Of a stretch of 64,000 nucleotides of DNA, positions 47,701-63,191 are shown piece after piece. Within the stretch, counting starts at the first letter, position 1; each line of letters starts with the position of its first letter. Location of the stretch: contig CM022665.1 in NCBI GenBank assembly GCA_012295275.1, positions 20,584,001 through 20,648,000 on the forward strand, given 5' to 3'. The notes under the pieces were generated by a model. It had not been told where the DNA came from. It saw only the letters and a list, made by a program, of their open reading frames with translations, and ran no database searches. This DNA is from Chrysomallon squamiferum (lineage: Eukaryota; Animalia; Mollusca). Made by a program: the position numbers and the translations under genes.

Positions 47701-50700
47701 TTATTAGTTTGTGTAAAAGTGAAATTCATTTTTTTTCCTGAATTGTTTAATTCTGGTGTGTATAAAAGACAAATTTATGATATAAATGTGGCAAAATGTA
47801 ATATTCTGTAGTTTCATAATGTTGAGTTGAAGAGAAAATTTCACTGATCTTTTTAGAAATATTTTTGTACATTCTGAATCTTGATATTTCTGTTTTATTT
47901 CTGTTAATAAGACAAAATATAATGTTCTATATATGTTTTATAATGTTGCTTTTGAAAAGAAGATTTCACCATGTAGAGATATTTTTGCTTTATTTCTGTT
48001 AATGATATAATATGACATGATATAATATTCTGTTGTTTTATAATTCTGTGTTAAAAAGACAGTTTTACTATGTAGAGATATTTTTGTTTTAGTTCTAATG
48101 TTATTCTGTAGTTTTATAATGCTCTAGTGAACAGAAAAGGTCACAGATCAGTGTCAGAGTTTTCAGTGATGTTTTGGTTTTAACAGTTGGACAAGCTGCC
48201 AAACCTTAGTGTAGACTTTCCACCACTTCCACGTGACCGAACTCTGAAAGTTTTTATAGATTACCACGAAATTTTTAGAAACAGTCTCACAGACCCAAGA
48301 TTTGAAATTGTCGACAACATGAGTGATGCAGACATCATCTGGACACTTCGCCATTTCAACGACTACAAGTAATTACATCCTTGGTTTAGTTAACAAATAA
48401 TAACACAAAATTTGAACATTCTTGTTAGAGAAATCGCAAATTCATTTGTCTGTAAAAAAGAAAATATGAAGTTGAATGATTAAACTGTGAATCACAAAGC
48501 ACATTAATTGTCCTTGGAACATCTGGATTTGCTCAGTCTTTATTAAAAACAAAAATTTCCTGCTATAGATTGAGTCTTGCCACTAAACCTCAGTAATTTC
48601 ACATTGATATTCATTAAAAAAATTTTTTAATAAAAGCTTATTGTGCAGTAGAAAGGAGAATTTTTCTACTCACCTTTTCTTTATCAAAAATCTGTTTAAT
48701 AAATATTGGTATTTATTAAAAAAATCCATAACTGTAAAGGAAGCTGTTTATTGATCACCTTATATTTTCATAAAGGTATTTCTTTATTGATATTTTATAA
48801 AATTTTATCTATTTCTCTATACCAGAGATTGGTAATAGAATCACATAACTTTTATCATCATCAGTTATCTCAAGATTTTATTGTCACAAAGAACTGCTCT
48901 TGATTTCATCATATTTGTTTTTATAGGACAACAATTAATTATTTTTAAATTACTAACTAATAAAACAAGAAGTATTTACTTTTTTGACATTTTCAGATCT
49001 TTCTGTGAAGAGTTTCTACAAAGGAACATGAATGAGACTTTTTCCCAGTGAAAAGAAGGATGAATCAGTTTCCATTTGAAATGGTCGTGACTGTCAAAGA
49101 TCTACTTGCTATTGTTTCAAGACGAGCTGCTGCTAAAAACAGAACAGAACAGGATTTGGAACCAGGTCCAAAATGGCTGCCTGTTACTTACAACCTGACC
49201 ACAGAACTTCCACAGTTTGTGTCTTATTTTCAACACAGAGAAGCCAGGTTTGTCACTGAACAAACTGTATAATATTGAGTAACGATGAACAGATGTGTGT
49301 GTGAGAGTGTAACTATGTGACTTTATCTGTGTTGAGAGATAAACATACATAGGAGAATCTAAGTATACAACTATAATTATTATTATCTGTGTTAATTGAT
49401 AAGTATACATATGGATGGATGAATATTTATATTTTCATAAGTAAGTGTATTTGACGAAGAAGAAGAAGATGTGTTTTTGTTTGTATAAAAATGTTTATAT
49501 GTACAGGTTAATTGTTTATCTGATGTTTTATGGACATTTGTAAGATACAAATATCTGATGTTATGGATAAAATTCAGTAAAAAGTAGGAATGGATTTTAT
49601 CATTAAAGTTTTCATATTTTATTATTTACTATTATTACTGTTGTGATTGTCATTGATACTATTGTTATTATTGCTGTTGCTATTGTTGTCATTATTATTA
49701 TTATTATTATCATTATTAGTAGTAGTAGTAATACTAATTATCGTTATTATTATTATTATTATTACTATTACTATTACTGTTGTTATTATTATTTTTGTTG
49801 TTGTTGTTGTCATCATTGTCATCATCATCATTACTATTATTATACAAAGACATTGAGACTGATGTATAAATAATCTCAGTTTATCTGTTTCAGTGGTTTA
49901 GACAATCATTTCATCTGTAAACCATGGGACCTAGCTCGCAGCCTTGACATACACATCACCAACAACATCAACTACATTGTTCGACTTTCAGACACTGGCC
50001 CAAAGGTAAGCAGCACTTAACTCCATCTTGACACTAATAAAAAATAAAAAGTATTTTTTTTAAAAAAGATATTATATGCAAACAAAAAATTAAATTTAAT
50101 ATATCAGGATTAATGATTTGACTGAAGGATTCAGAAAATAGGATAAATGTAGTGATAAATTTTGAGAATTCTGTGATTTATTATGTTTAATTGATTATTT
50201 TTATTTTTATAATTTTTTTATCAAGTCTTTTAGGCTTTGTAAACTATTTATTTTATTATTTACATACGATAATTACACCATATCCTTTGATAAAATGTAA
50301 TAAATATGAGTATTAAAATAGTTATAAGTTAACTGTAACTTGTTATGTTTTACTATTTTTATAATTATTTATCTAGTTTTCTTTAAGCTTTGTAGAGTAT
50401 TTATTTTATTATTAATTAACTGGTTTTGAAGTTTCTGAGGCATTTAATTTCATTATTTATATATTTTATTTTTACTGTATTTTTTAAGTTCTGGAGTATT
50501 TTTGTTTTATTATTTATTCACTATAATTATGCTATGTTTCACTTTTAAAAAGCACCATAAGTAAAAGTGTTAATATGTTTACTGCATTTATACTATGTTT
50601 TATTGATAAAACATAATAAGTACAGTTATTAACATATTTATTGTATTTACTGCCATGCTTCACTGATAAAAAGCATGAATATTAACAAGTCTTTTAATAT

Positions 50701-52535
50701 TTATTTACGTTTTAAATTTTACACCTCAAGTTTGTATTATTTTTCTCAGATTCTCAGTAAAATATGCAGAGAATCTGGTTGCATCACTGATATAAATAAT
50801 ATCAAGTATTTTAATATTTATTTATTTTTGGAATTTTACACATCAAGTATGTGTTAATTTTTTCAGATTGTCAGTAAGTATGTAGAGAATCCAGTTCTGT
50901 TCAGAAGAGAGGAGATTGGAGATGTCAAGTTTGACATCCGCTATGTTGTACTTCTCTCCAGTATTCAGCCTCTCAAAATTTACACATATCAAGTTTTCTG
51001 GCTGCGATTTGCAAACAAGTAAATATACTTAGATTTTTCTGGGTTTTTTAATTTTATGTTTAAATATTCTCTCTCAAAGGCCTGGTTAAAAAGTGTTTGG
51101 TTTTCTTTTTCTTTTTAAATAACTGTTTTTATTTATTTGAATGATGATCATGATGATATTGTTGTAATTGTTATCATTGTTATCATTGTTATTGTTGTTG
51201 TTGTTGTTGTGATAATTATTTACTAGAATGATGATGATAGTGATGACATGTTGTTGTTACAGTTAAATTTTATTGTTGTTGTTGTGGTTTTATCATTATC
51301 ATTATTATGGTTGTTATCATTATTATGGTCATTGTCATTGTTATATTCTGTATTCTTGATTATTTGTTTTTCAAATTTATTTATTTATCTTTTAATTTTA
51401 TTTTTTGACACTGGTATTTAAATAATGAATTATTATATTGATATTGATATTAATCAATATTTAAAAAAACAAATACAAAGCTTTCTTTCAAACTTTTTCT
51501 ATAATTTTTACAATTGATTTTAAAGAAAATAAATTTTATTTTACTTCAGTGTTTAAAAAGAACATTATTTTTAATTTGTAATTATCCTGTTGCAGGCCAT
51601 TTTCTCTAGACCATTTTGATGACTATGAGAAACATTTCACTGTGATGAACTACTCAGAAAATACAGATCTGAAACAGGTTAGTAAAATAACATTAAAATC
51701 GTCCTGATTTACTACTTGTCCAAATTCTCCTTCCAACCAAAACAACAGATGATTCATTATTTTTGAGATGACTGAGATCTTGAAGCATGCAGTAGATTTG
51801 TGTCATATAATTCTGCTGTGGCATGAAAGACATAAGATAATTTTTTAATTAGTGCTCCAGTTAGATCATTTCCCATTCCAGTCAGAACTCTTGTGTGGTA
51901 TATTCTTTCATCAATTGAAATGATGCATAAGATTTGTGTTTGATAATTCTCTTGAGACATAGTAGAGACACACACATACACATTTTCACACCTTTTTTTT
52001 TATACATATTGCATGAATGTATTTCAGCTGTTACTGTACCATTAATTTCTCCCATCGTTTTGCTAGCATAATAATAAATGTACATTCACACAAACACACA
52101 CACACACATTTATATATATACATGTTAATTTTTTGTTGTTTTTCAGATTCATTATGATGACTTTATTCCAATGTTTGAGAAGCAGTATCCAGACTACAGT
52201 TGGAGAAATGTAGAAGTAAGTTTTCTTTTAAAACTCTAAGACAAAAATAAAATATTAGTAAAAATCAACAATGATGTACAAAACACTACAGCTTAATGCT
52301 GCTAAATAATAAAAAAAAAACATGCTGAGAAACTTACATCTTACTGTTCATCAGCATTAAATTTGTTTCATTTTATAATTTTTAAATTTACTTCAAATAT
52401 TATTTAATAATTAAAATTGTATGTTAATATCCATTTTTTGTTTATTTACCACCATTAAGTTTGTCAGCAATAAAAATTGCAGTTTTAATACCTATACATG
52501 TTAGGCTTCCCCCTATATATATATATATATATATA

Positions 52536-52572
<37 letters not shown>

Positions 52573-53379
52573 ATTTTGTCAAGTTCTGAATATACTGTTT
52601 TTCAGTAACTAATATTAACCAAATTATATTTTTCTTACTCAAACAGAAAGACATTTTCCAAATGATCCAAGAACTGTTTGAGGCAGCAACATCCAAACCC
52701 CCACCCAAAGGCATTGGCCACTCCCCTCAGTCCAGAGCTCTGTATGCAATTGATCTGATTCTCAAATGGAGTACAAATAATCAAGGTATTAGACAGAAAA
52801 AAAACAAGACTAAAATAGTGAAATTTGATTGTTACATTAATCTGAATCAGTGGTATAGATATTCAAGTTAGATATAAATTGTCATAGCATTTAAAAATCA
52901 GTGAAAAAGCTTTATCAAGAAAAAGAAAAGAAATCAGTTTGGCCTTTTAAACATTTTTGTATGATGATCTGTTTCTTGTGCAATTAGTCAGGTTTCAGTC
53001 TCTTATTCTGAATATAATCAATAAAATGTTATAATTTGCTTTTTCCATACTGAAATTTTAATTTGGTGTTGATTTCATTTTTCATTGTAAATATTGATTG
53101 ATAGATATATAGAAAGATATTTTAAACACACACACACACACACACACACACATTTGTTCCTATAACTGTGTGTATAATCTGTATATCTAATCTATAAACT
53201 CAGTTTTTATTATTATTATTTTATTTCTAGGAGAACGCTACATTCAGCCAGTGATACTGGAGTGTAATTTCAGTCCAGACTGTGAGCGTGCCTGTCAGTA
53301 TCATCCATTTTTTGTCAATGATGTTTTTAGTGTTCTGTTTCTTGATGACACAGAAGGAAAACATGTTACTCTCTTGTAA
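43887..53379 (+). CDS. TTLL12: Tubulin-tyrosine ligase-like protein 12, 14 exons, ~630 aa; two apparent frameshifts (exons 2 and 8)
   Basis: Exons: 43887-44030, 44246-44386, 45042-45203, 45593-45629, 46301-46460, 47314-47450, 48187-48368, 48997-49247, 49894-50005, 50867-51018, 51596-51677, 52147-52215, 52647-52785, 53231-53379. Motifs: IYLIDHAWT, MWRFNQTY, PVWYIMDEFGSRVQHSD, NQFPFE..TVKDLL, WLPVTYNLTTEL, ICKPWDLAR, KFDIRY, YEKHFTVMNY, SRALYAIDL and LECNFSPDCERAC. Confidence 0.95.
44385..45030 (+). repeat. ~300-bp tandem duplication filling TTLL12 intron 2
   Basis: 44557-44672 matches 44857-44975, and ttttcctttttctcataaaatat occurs at both 44462 and 44769. Confidence 0.8.
45700..46330 (+). 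repeat. 51-bp minisatellite made of the TTLL12 exon 5 acceptor and its first 10 codons
   Basis: tttag|ggtaca(g/a)atgaatcaatgccagtgtggtac starts at 46097, 46148, 46199, 46250 and the real exon at 46301. Decayed copies extend back to about 45750. Confidence 0.97.
46490..46885 (+). repeat. Degenerate ~190-bp tandem duplication in TTLL12 intron 5
   Basis: ttcttcagtg.tcttgttccat at 46558 and 46741, and ggattaaaa...aagcagtgtga at 46628 and 46815. Confidence 0.75.
50660..50900 (+). repeat. 117-bp-offset duplication of the TTLL12 exon 10 acceptor junction
   Basis: The decoy cag|attctcagtaaaatatgcagagaatctggtt (50750) compares with the real cag|attgtcagtaagtatgtagagaatccagtt (50867). The upstream intron is also duplicated (aattttacac.tcaagt). 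Confidence 0.85.
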
Positions 53380-55284
53380 ACAAACTGTATTTCTGTGGCA
53401 GGAAATAAATAAATAAATCTCAGTAATACATAAAAATTGATAAGGGATCAGTTTGATGCATAAAAGGCTACGGAGGTTTGGTCGATTTCGTTGAAAAATT
53501 ATTTCCGTGTGTAACAAACCTGGAAAGACTGTGTCACCGTATTTCTGTCTCGCTAATTGACCGTTTATTCTTAACGGAAAAGAGACGAAAATGTTGAAAA
53601 GAATAAAATATAATAACATCGTACTATAGTTTTTTTTTTTAAATTTTATTTTATTATAATGATGTATTTGCGAATTAGTTTTCTCAATAAAGCTTTATAT
53701 TTAAACTTTGATTAACAAATAAAACATTGATTTGATTTAAAACAGCCCTAAAAATACGTAAAGCATTATCATTATTACAACATATTATAGCACGAGAAAT
53801 CATTAAGATACACGTCAGTTATATGTTTTAAACGAAAACCGGTAATTCTTATAATACATACAGACCAAGACGTGAGTGTGTGTGTGTGTGTTTCTGTAGA
53901 GAGGTGTCTGAGCTTTATATTTTGACTGTGATAATTCCTAGACTGTCTTTTTTTCTGTCAGTGTATAATGTATTTCTGTTGATAGATGAGCTTTAGGCCT
54001 GTGTTGTGACTGGCTGTGCGTGTGTGTTTATTTGTTGTGTGTTGTTGGGGTTTTTTGTGATCACTGAAAAATGCATCAAATACTCTTGTAAATTCAAGAT
54101 AATTATAAACAGGTTAGTCCGAAATGCAGCTAATTTCGAGTTGTGAAACAAAATAGGTTTTAAAACATGGATTAACTGGGAAAGTACATGATGGTTTTGA
54201 GTGTTTTTATAATAAATACAAAATCTGTACATATTACGACACATACAGTTCTTATGTATTTTACAGTATCGCTACATTTTTATGTTTAAATATTTACTAA
54301 TGTCAAGAGAGTTCGTAGAATTGGTATCGTATTTAACTTGATAAACGTTTTTAACGTAACGTTCGTGCAGAACCGGTGTATATTAATTTTAAATGACTGG
54401 TACAGATTTACCGCATTTTTGTTATTATTACATGCCGTAAGTCTGTACTGGTCCATTAATATTATTAGACATAAATACTAGTGTTTGAGTTTGTATGTGT
54501 ATACGTACTTTACGTGTGTGTGTGTGTACATACATACAAATAAAAAATATACTGATACATACGTGCACACTTGCACACGTGCAAACAAATACTCGTACAA
54601 ATGTTTCGCGTCGTAAACATACACACTCACACAGTACATATGAATACACAGACGCACATACACATTTACTTACATACGTAGATTCATACAGACATACAAA
54701 TATACACCGACCAAAATATATATGTACAAGCGCACAAAACTCGTATAAATAAAACAAAAAGATAATAACTCCAAAAAAGACAATAACAATAAACTGACAC
54801 GTAATCACAGAAACACACACGCATACATACACGTACGTATGCACAGAAAGACACGGCTTGTCGAGTATCAAGTTTACAAAATGATACTGCATAACTGTTT
54901 TGGTCACAGAAGGGTACATTCTCTCAGTAAAGTTTATCAGGGTTTTCATTTGCTCTGTCAGAGAGTAAAAACAAATATTCTATCCATTTATACACAGCGC
55001 CTTGCTTACTAACAGTGAAGCTAATAAATGTATTTTGAATTGACTACTTTATCAAGAAATGAAATATATGGAAAACGCAAACTCTTGTATACTGTACGCA
55101 CAGAGAGGGAAGAAAAAGAAATATACGATGATTATGATAATGTTTTATAATTGTTCTGGTCAAAAGGATGTATTTGTGTGTTGGGAAAACGAGAACCCAA
55201 ACAATGCGTTTCAAGGCAAACTGAGATCATTATGTTTCTGGTATTTATGTTCCATAAACGTTAAAAATAGATGAAAAAGATATG

Positions 55285-55393
<109 letters not shown>

Positions 55394-56717
55394 TGACAAA
55401 AGAAAAAAGATATGAGAGAGAAAAAAAAGAGAAAAAGAGACAGAAAGCGACAAGGAAGATAATGTATGAGACAATGTATAAGAAAATGAGAATGATAGAG
55501 AGATTGAGGGTAAAAAAACAAAGAGAGAGAGAAAGAAAACAAGAAATGACATCTATGTACTTTAATAGACTGACACCATGAATTTCTTCTTCTTCTTTTT
55601 TTAAAATTTTTATTCGTATATATATATATATTTTTTTTTTTCATTATTCTTCCATTTTATTAAAAAAAAAAATTTCCTGCCAACTATTTATCTCAAGAGA
55701 TTAGCAAGTTATTGTTAGAACACTGGGTGGATCGGGGTGGAGCTTTGTGATTGCTTTCGATAATGTAGTCTGGGTCAGCGAAAATTAATTCACCTCTCTC
55801 CCAGTCTCGGTATGGACGCAGCGTTCAGGTGCCAACTCATTCATCTTCCGCTGGGTGTTAACGGGTTATACTTGGTAAAGAAGTCGGCTAGAGTTACGCA
55901 CCCCTGTCGAGATCTTCAGTGACAACCTTGCGCGCTGTCGTACTGACGGAAACCGTTTATTAAGAGAGTAACATCAGAACACATTCACAGACATCGTGAA
56001 AGGAAAGGAAAAAGAATTTGATACGAGAGATAATCGGGTAAACGTTTGGCGATCGCGTTACAACCGCCGTAATCCCTTTCTTACATTCGTTATTCATCGG
56101 AAAGATTCGTGGACGATTAGATTCTATCTAATTTATTGCTGCAACAAATAGAATAAAAAAAAAGTGCACCGGCGGACTTATGTAAACGAATTGTCACAAA
56201 TTTGTTTTCGCACCGTTCTGAAAACGAGGTGTCTACGTTTACTGATATTTTTTTTTTACTTTTTGTTTTTTTAAACCCCAAACAAAAACAAAAAGAAACT
56301 AGTCAGGGTGTAGTCGAAAAAGTGTCCATCAAATGATGAATTGCAGGATCATTTCTCCTAACAGAACATTCGGGTTAAATCCCGTTCCAACCTGTCATCC
56401 GTGACTAATATATCAATCAGTGCACATGCTGTCAAGTCTACAATGAAAGAAAATCTTCAATTCTCAACATACGTAATAACCCCAAAACGTCTGCTTCAGA
56501 ATTCTCAATTCGACTGTTTCACGCGTGACGTGTCTAAAGTACACGTGACACTCAAAATAATAATCATTTAAAAAAAAAAAAATAATAATAATAAATAAAG
56601 ACACACCCATAATAAATAATAACAACAACAGCAGCAGCAGCATCACAAAGACTTAGTGATAAAGATGAAAGTTGGTGCAGAAAATTATAATTTGCTGATG
56701 AGATACACACCCATACA

Positions 56718-56751
<34 letters not shown>

Positions 56752-57641
56752 CATACATGTAAAACTAATAATTTTGAACTTGCGTACTGAATTCAGATGA
56801 AAGTTGAAATATCATTTACCGTATATAACGTGTTAAATGTGTCGTATAGTTACTTACCTGCACTAACTGGTATTAATACAGTGTGAAAAGGGCTATAATC
56901 ATTTGATGAAGCATTTCTTACTATAATCGTTATTTCTGTGAATGTTCATGCGTTGTTATGGACCGGTGTTCTATTCTGCCTTTGCCTCCATCTTTGTCTT
57001 TTTTATTTCTTTCATTTTTTGTTATTTATTTATTTTAATTTTTTCTTACATGTTTCAGGTTGACTTTCAGTACGCAGTATTTATACCCCCACTTAACGAT
57101 GTTTTTTAATCGTACACTTAAAAGCAGGTTTACATAAATATTGACACTTTACGACTCGAATTAAGCAGCCTAGCCCTCCCCGCTGTGATGCTTCGGATAC
57201 GACGTGTGGAGCTGTACAAAACAAAAAAGAAATACAACCGTGTCGGCACAGAAAGTTGCCAAAAGCTTTGCGCGTGGTTTCCATTTCCGAACAAAGAACG
57301 GCAGGGGACGGAAGGCAAATGTCGCAGACAATGTCGCTTTGATGTTCGACATGTTTTATGAGATGTTCTGGCAGTAAAATTAACTAGCTAGCGAATTCGT
57401 GCAGCGACGCGCGACACATTACCGATAATGGGGCAGTTTGCTACATTTTCATTTCATAGCTCGTCAGCTAAACATGAAACAAGTACGAATTTCTAACAGA
57501 CTCTCGCTCGCCGCTCATAATACAGTTTACCTCATCGTAATAAATCTTGCCTCTTCGTAATACAACTCGAGAAAAAAAAAAAGTTTACGTAATTCTTAGT
57601 GCTGGTTAAAAATAAATAAATAAGTAAATATTATTATTATT

Positions 57642-57705
<64 letters not shown>

Positions 57706-58347
57706 CTAACAGTGTGCTGTGTATGGATCAGAGTATGTTAATATTTCAAGCTACAGTAACTGTGTAACGTCAGTATTGTAGTTATTACTTAAACACTATC
57801 TAAATTACACGGTGATGGATACAGGTTTAGGGTATTAGGTATATGCTCTATAATACAAGCGTGATATATGTGTGATATATGAAGTATTTTTAGGTTTATG
57901 AAATAGAAATAGTGAAAATATTTATAATAAATAATAGCAGAATGAATCACACAAAGTTAATTCATTGATTTTAAATTTGACTAATACAATTTTACATACC
58001 TTTCATCAATTTTGACTTTATTATTATAAATAAAGGGAAATAACTACGCATGTACGATTACAGAACTGCACTGCAGTTAGGTTTACCACTACTTGTAGTT
58101 TTATGCTAGTGATGGTAGTAGCAGTAGCAGTTCTTGTTCTTGTTGTAGTAGCTGAGGTGAGGGTTGTAATAACAGTAGTGGCTAAGTAATGTGGTAGCAG
58201 TATTCATATTAGCGACAGTAGTAGTAGAAGTAGCAATGGTCTCGGCAGTAGTAGTAGTAGTAGTGATGGTGAAAGTATTTGTTATGATGTTGTTGTTTTA
58301 GTTATTAATGCCGCCAGTATTATTTTTGTAGTCGACGTCATTTTTTA

Positions 58348-58426
<79 letters not shown>

Positions 58427-59524
58427 ACCTGTTTGCTGTAGCAATTAATCTATAAATAATAAAGATCATTTATTAACAAAATCAAAACCATTTTAATATC
58501 TAACACTGTTTCAATACATCTTTACATCCATACACAATTACACAAAATCGTTTGGTTTTTCTTTCTTGTTCTTTTAAATGGGATGAGCACATTATATATA
58601 TATTTATACACACATATGTATATTAGAAAGATACACATTTAAAACGTTCACTGACATTGATAATTTACACACACACACAGACATACACACACACATAACA
58701 CACACACACAAATGGCTACTCTTGAAAATAGCTATCAGTAGTTAAAAATAATTTTCATGAAGGCCTGCCTCGCACATTCCTTGAAAAAGTGCATGCGTAC
58801 AAAAATCAGCACACACGCACACGCATGTTATTCACATATGTCTGGAACTGCATATATAGATACTAGCATGTGGTTAATATTATGTGGTTGTTGGTTGGTT
58901 TTTCGCACGTAACGAATTCTCTATTTCCTTCCTGCACGATAAGTTTAGTCAAAGGAGTCGAGATATCAAACGTGGGGTCATCTCGCAGTTATAATAAATA
59001 TCTAATCTCGCAAAACCCATCTTCTTTAATGAAAGCAACTTTTATCAGCAGTTTCGTTTGGTTTGAATGAAGGGAAATCATCGAGGCACCTGAGTGAAGC
59101 AGCAGTTTACCGCTTCTACGATTGCCAGACTGGTGCATGGTTCCGATCAATGTTTTTTTTCATCTGTTGGGCACCCCAGTGAAAGTCATCATAGCTATCT
59201 CCACTGAAGGGGTTAATATCCCTCGTGAGACGCGCGGTCTGGCGCACAGATAAACGTGTAAGGAGACCACAGGAAATGGACCACTGAGAAATGATAGTGC
59301 TTTCCCAACGCCGCCTGTGATTTATAAAGTACCAACACTTACACCTTGCAAACGACTGTAATCGCCGAAATGCGGCGTTTTGTTTGAAAACGTAATTGAA
59401 CTAGATATAGTGATAATTGAATTTACAAATACTAACACACGCACACATACACACCTGTCTCGCAGTTCTGCCAGAAAAATATATTTAACTAAATAAGAGA
59501 CCAAAATTTTTTTTTTTACTCATC

Positions 59525-59629
<105 letters not shown>

Positions 59630-60001
59630 CATCAAATAGAGTAAACATTCACTTGGGACTTTTTATTTTGGCCAACATTATCAATATTTCGTCCATAAAA
59701 AAAGTTATTATCTGTAAATGTAAATAAAAGTAAATCTGGTAGTTAGATTTGAACTTAACACATTTCATTGCCAAGAAAACCTTTCATATCTTTTGTATTT
59801 TATTTCCATTTTCGTTCGCTATTACTCTTTGTTGATCTTATAGTGTTTGCCAGAGTAAATATTTCCAGCGAGCTTAACTGAGTGTTCACCATACACCTTC
59901 TCTTCATACAGCACTCACCAAATTCTTCAACAACTACAAGTTATATCAATGTTTAAATAAATAAAATATCAACATACAAAAATCATGTTTACTTATATTG
60001 T

Positions 60002-60099
<98 letters not shown>

Positions 60100-60136
60100 A
60101 AAATGAAAATTATTATCTATTTATTTATTTATTTAT

Positions 60137-60190
<54 letters not shown>

Positions 60191-60656
60191 TTTTTTTTTT
60201 TTTTTTTTTTAAACACAAACCTTTATCTAGAAAATCTGAAGATTTAGACGAATTGTGACAGGTGCAAGTCTTAGAAATTTAAAAATGCAATACACTAGAA
60301 AAGAAACCAGTGTTCGTAGGGGAACATGTTTCCACTAAGAAAACTTTGCACTTGAATACTCCATTTGTAGGCAACTGCAGGGAATTGACCAACCCACGCG
60401 AAGAGATTAAAATCAACATTTCATTGAGAATCGCCCGAAATGAACTTTCCGGAAACGAGCGACAAGTACCGATTCTTGGACAGATGTGATAATTGGCGCC
60501 GAATTTGTTATCAGTGTACGAAGTGGTCCGAGCGTTCACAAGAGACCGGGTTGTCTTCTCCTTTCACAGAGCCGTCACTTCGTCTGATAGCCTCGCTTTC
60601 AACTTGATATCATTTATTAAAACATAATTTTTTTTTCCCCCATGCCTCTAACCCCC

Positions 60657-60723
<67 letters not shown>

Positions 60724-60974
60724 GCTCGCTTCAAGGTGAATTTTAATTAGCGTTAGAGCAACATTCTCCCATTTCACCAATAATCATATATTGTACTAAT
60801 GCGAAATGCCAGATGTCTAGCAACGTAATACAATCGAATTAGCTTCACTCGCTTTACATATGTTGCTTTGACAATTTTTATAAAATTCATTTTTTTTTTT
60901 TTTTTTTTTCATTATTTTGGCTTTTCTTCTTCCATGCTATACTCTCTCTTTCTCTGTCTCTGTGTGTAAGCATG

Positions 60975-60990
60975 CATGCATGTATGTATG

Positions 60991-61024
<34 letters not shown>

Positions 61025-61325
61025 TGTATGTATGTATGTATGTATGTATGTATGTATGTATGTATGTATGTATGTATGTATGTATGTATGTATGTATGTA
61101 TGTATGTATGTATGTATGTATGTGTGTATGCATACAATGTATATAAATTATAGTAGTAGTAGTAGTAGAAGTAGTATAATTATTACCAAAATTACTATCA
61201 CTATCCTTACCACCACGACTATTATTATTATTATCATCAACATCATCGCCATCATTATTTACTATTATTATTATTATTATTGCTATCATCATCATCATCA
61301 TACTCATTATTATTATTATTATTAT

Positions 61326-61365
<40 letters not shown>
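60975..61365 (+). repeat. (TATG)n followed by (TAG/TAT/CAT)n microsatellites
   Basis: Directly visible. These explain the spurious ORFs in this interval. Confidence 0.95.
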
Positions 61366-61369
<4 letters not shown>

Positions 61370-62466
61370 TTATATGCATAGGTATAATCTGAGGATTATT
61401 TTTTCACTGAACTTTGGAATTATTTTATTGTGTATTTTGAATATTGTGGAGGTTTCACTGAAGACTGTTTTCAAATTACGTTGGTTTCTGTGGCCTCATC
61501 TTGCTCTGCGGTTGCTGCTGAAGATTTTTCTCCCCAATCATTTTTATTTGAATAACATGTTTAATATATAATAATATTAATAACTGATCCGTAAAATAAA
61601 TTTTTTTTTTTTTTTTTTTTTATACGTTTCTTTATTCATTCTTTCATTTTATCATTGCTTTAATCATTCAGTTTATCAAACTTTTAATAACTCAATTCTC
61701 CCTTCATTAATTCAATCATTCTATCATCTTTTCATTCATTCTTATATTTTATCATACATTATCTTCATTCAATCTTTTTTTTTTTTTGTATCATACTTTA
61801 AATCGTTCATTCATTTATCATTCCTTTATTCATTCTTTCATTTTACAATCCATTCATTCACTCATTTCATCAGCCTTTATTTATATATTCATCCATTTTA
61901 ACATACCTTCATTCTTTCATTTTGTTATTTGTTTGTTCATTCTTTCATTTCATAATCCATTCATTCATTTTATCACTCTTTTATTTGCTCATTCATGTAT
62001 CTTTTCTTTGTTCATACCTTACCTAATTCGCTGACGAGTCATTTTTCAAGTGAACTGCAAAGAGATTGTTTCAATCTGATAGCAAAGTTGTTGTTGTTGT
62101 TTGTTTTTGCTTTTTCCCAGGCTGATTTGGTTTACTCGAGATGAAATCTTTGATTCTCTTTTGACCTGGTAGGTGATCCGCAGGTAATTCGTACAGGTGA
62201 GTGTGAGAAACGTGTTTGTAATCTCTCCTGTTTTATGCCACAACAGATGTCGTAATTCTAAACTCGATTTTTTTTTCTTTCCATCTCATTGACAGTGACA
62301 GACAAAATCGAGTAATAGGACAACATATCCTGTATCTACACAACAAAACAAAACTATATCTTCTCTCTATATTCTTTATTAAATTTTCTTTATTTATTTT
62401 ATTTTAATTTATTTTATGTTATTATTAATTTTTTTATTATTCTTTATATGTAGCGAAAAGAAAGTA

Positions 62467-62557
<91 letters not shown>

Positions 62558-62908
62558 ATTTATTACTAATATTTTTTAACCTTGCATTCTTTTTATTTTC
62601 TTCTTGCTTTTTTTTGTTTTTGGTCTTTGCTTTTTTCTTCTTTCTTTTCCCTTTGTTTCTTACTTTCCTTTTCTCTTTCATTCATTCATCCTTTCTTCTT
62701 TCATTCATTCATCCTTTCCTCTTTCATTCATTCATCCTTTCTTTCTTTCTTCTCCAGTTTTCCGTTTCCTTGTTTTGCATTAATTTTTTTAAATTTTTCT
62801 ATCATTTAATTTCTTTGTCTAAATTAATTGTTTTTTCTGTTCCTCGTTTTCTATTTCTTCCTCTTTTCTAAATAAATAAATAAACTATACTAAATTAGTA
62901 TACCTAAT

Positions 62909-62943
<35 letters not shown>

Positions 62944-63146
62944 TGTATTATTATTATTATTATTATTATGTAAAAAAAAAGACGAACAGTAACTGATTTT
63001 TTTCTTTTTCTTAAATAATTTTGTGACGTCACTTTTAAACGTAATAATAACAATAATATTATTATTATAAAGATGTCCAGCAAAAGTTAATAAACCATTA
63101 TAAAGTAAGTATGCACACAAAGAACAAATAGATAAATTTGTTAGAC

Positions 63147-63191
<45 letters not shown>

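Noticed and set aside
34699-53379. KIF25 and TTLL12 as decayed pseudogenes
   Set aside because: Splice sites and conserved motifs are otherwise intact. Isolated insertions in three separate genes point to sequence quality rather than decay.
56331-56420. Box C/D snoRNA starting at ATGATGA
   Set aside because: No suitably placed CTGA D box or terminal stem was found.
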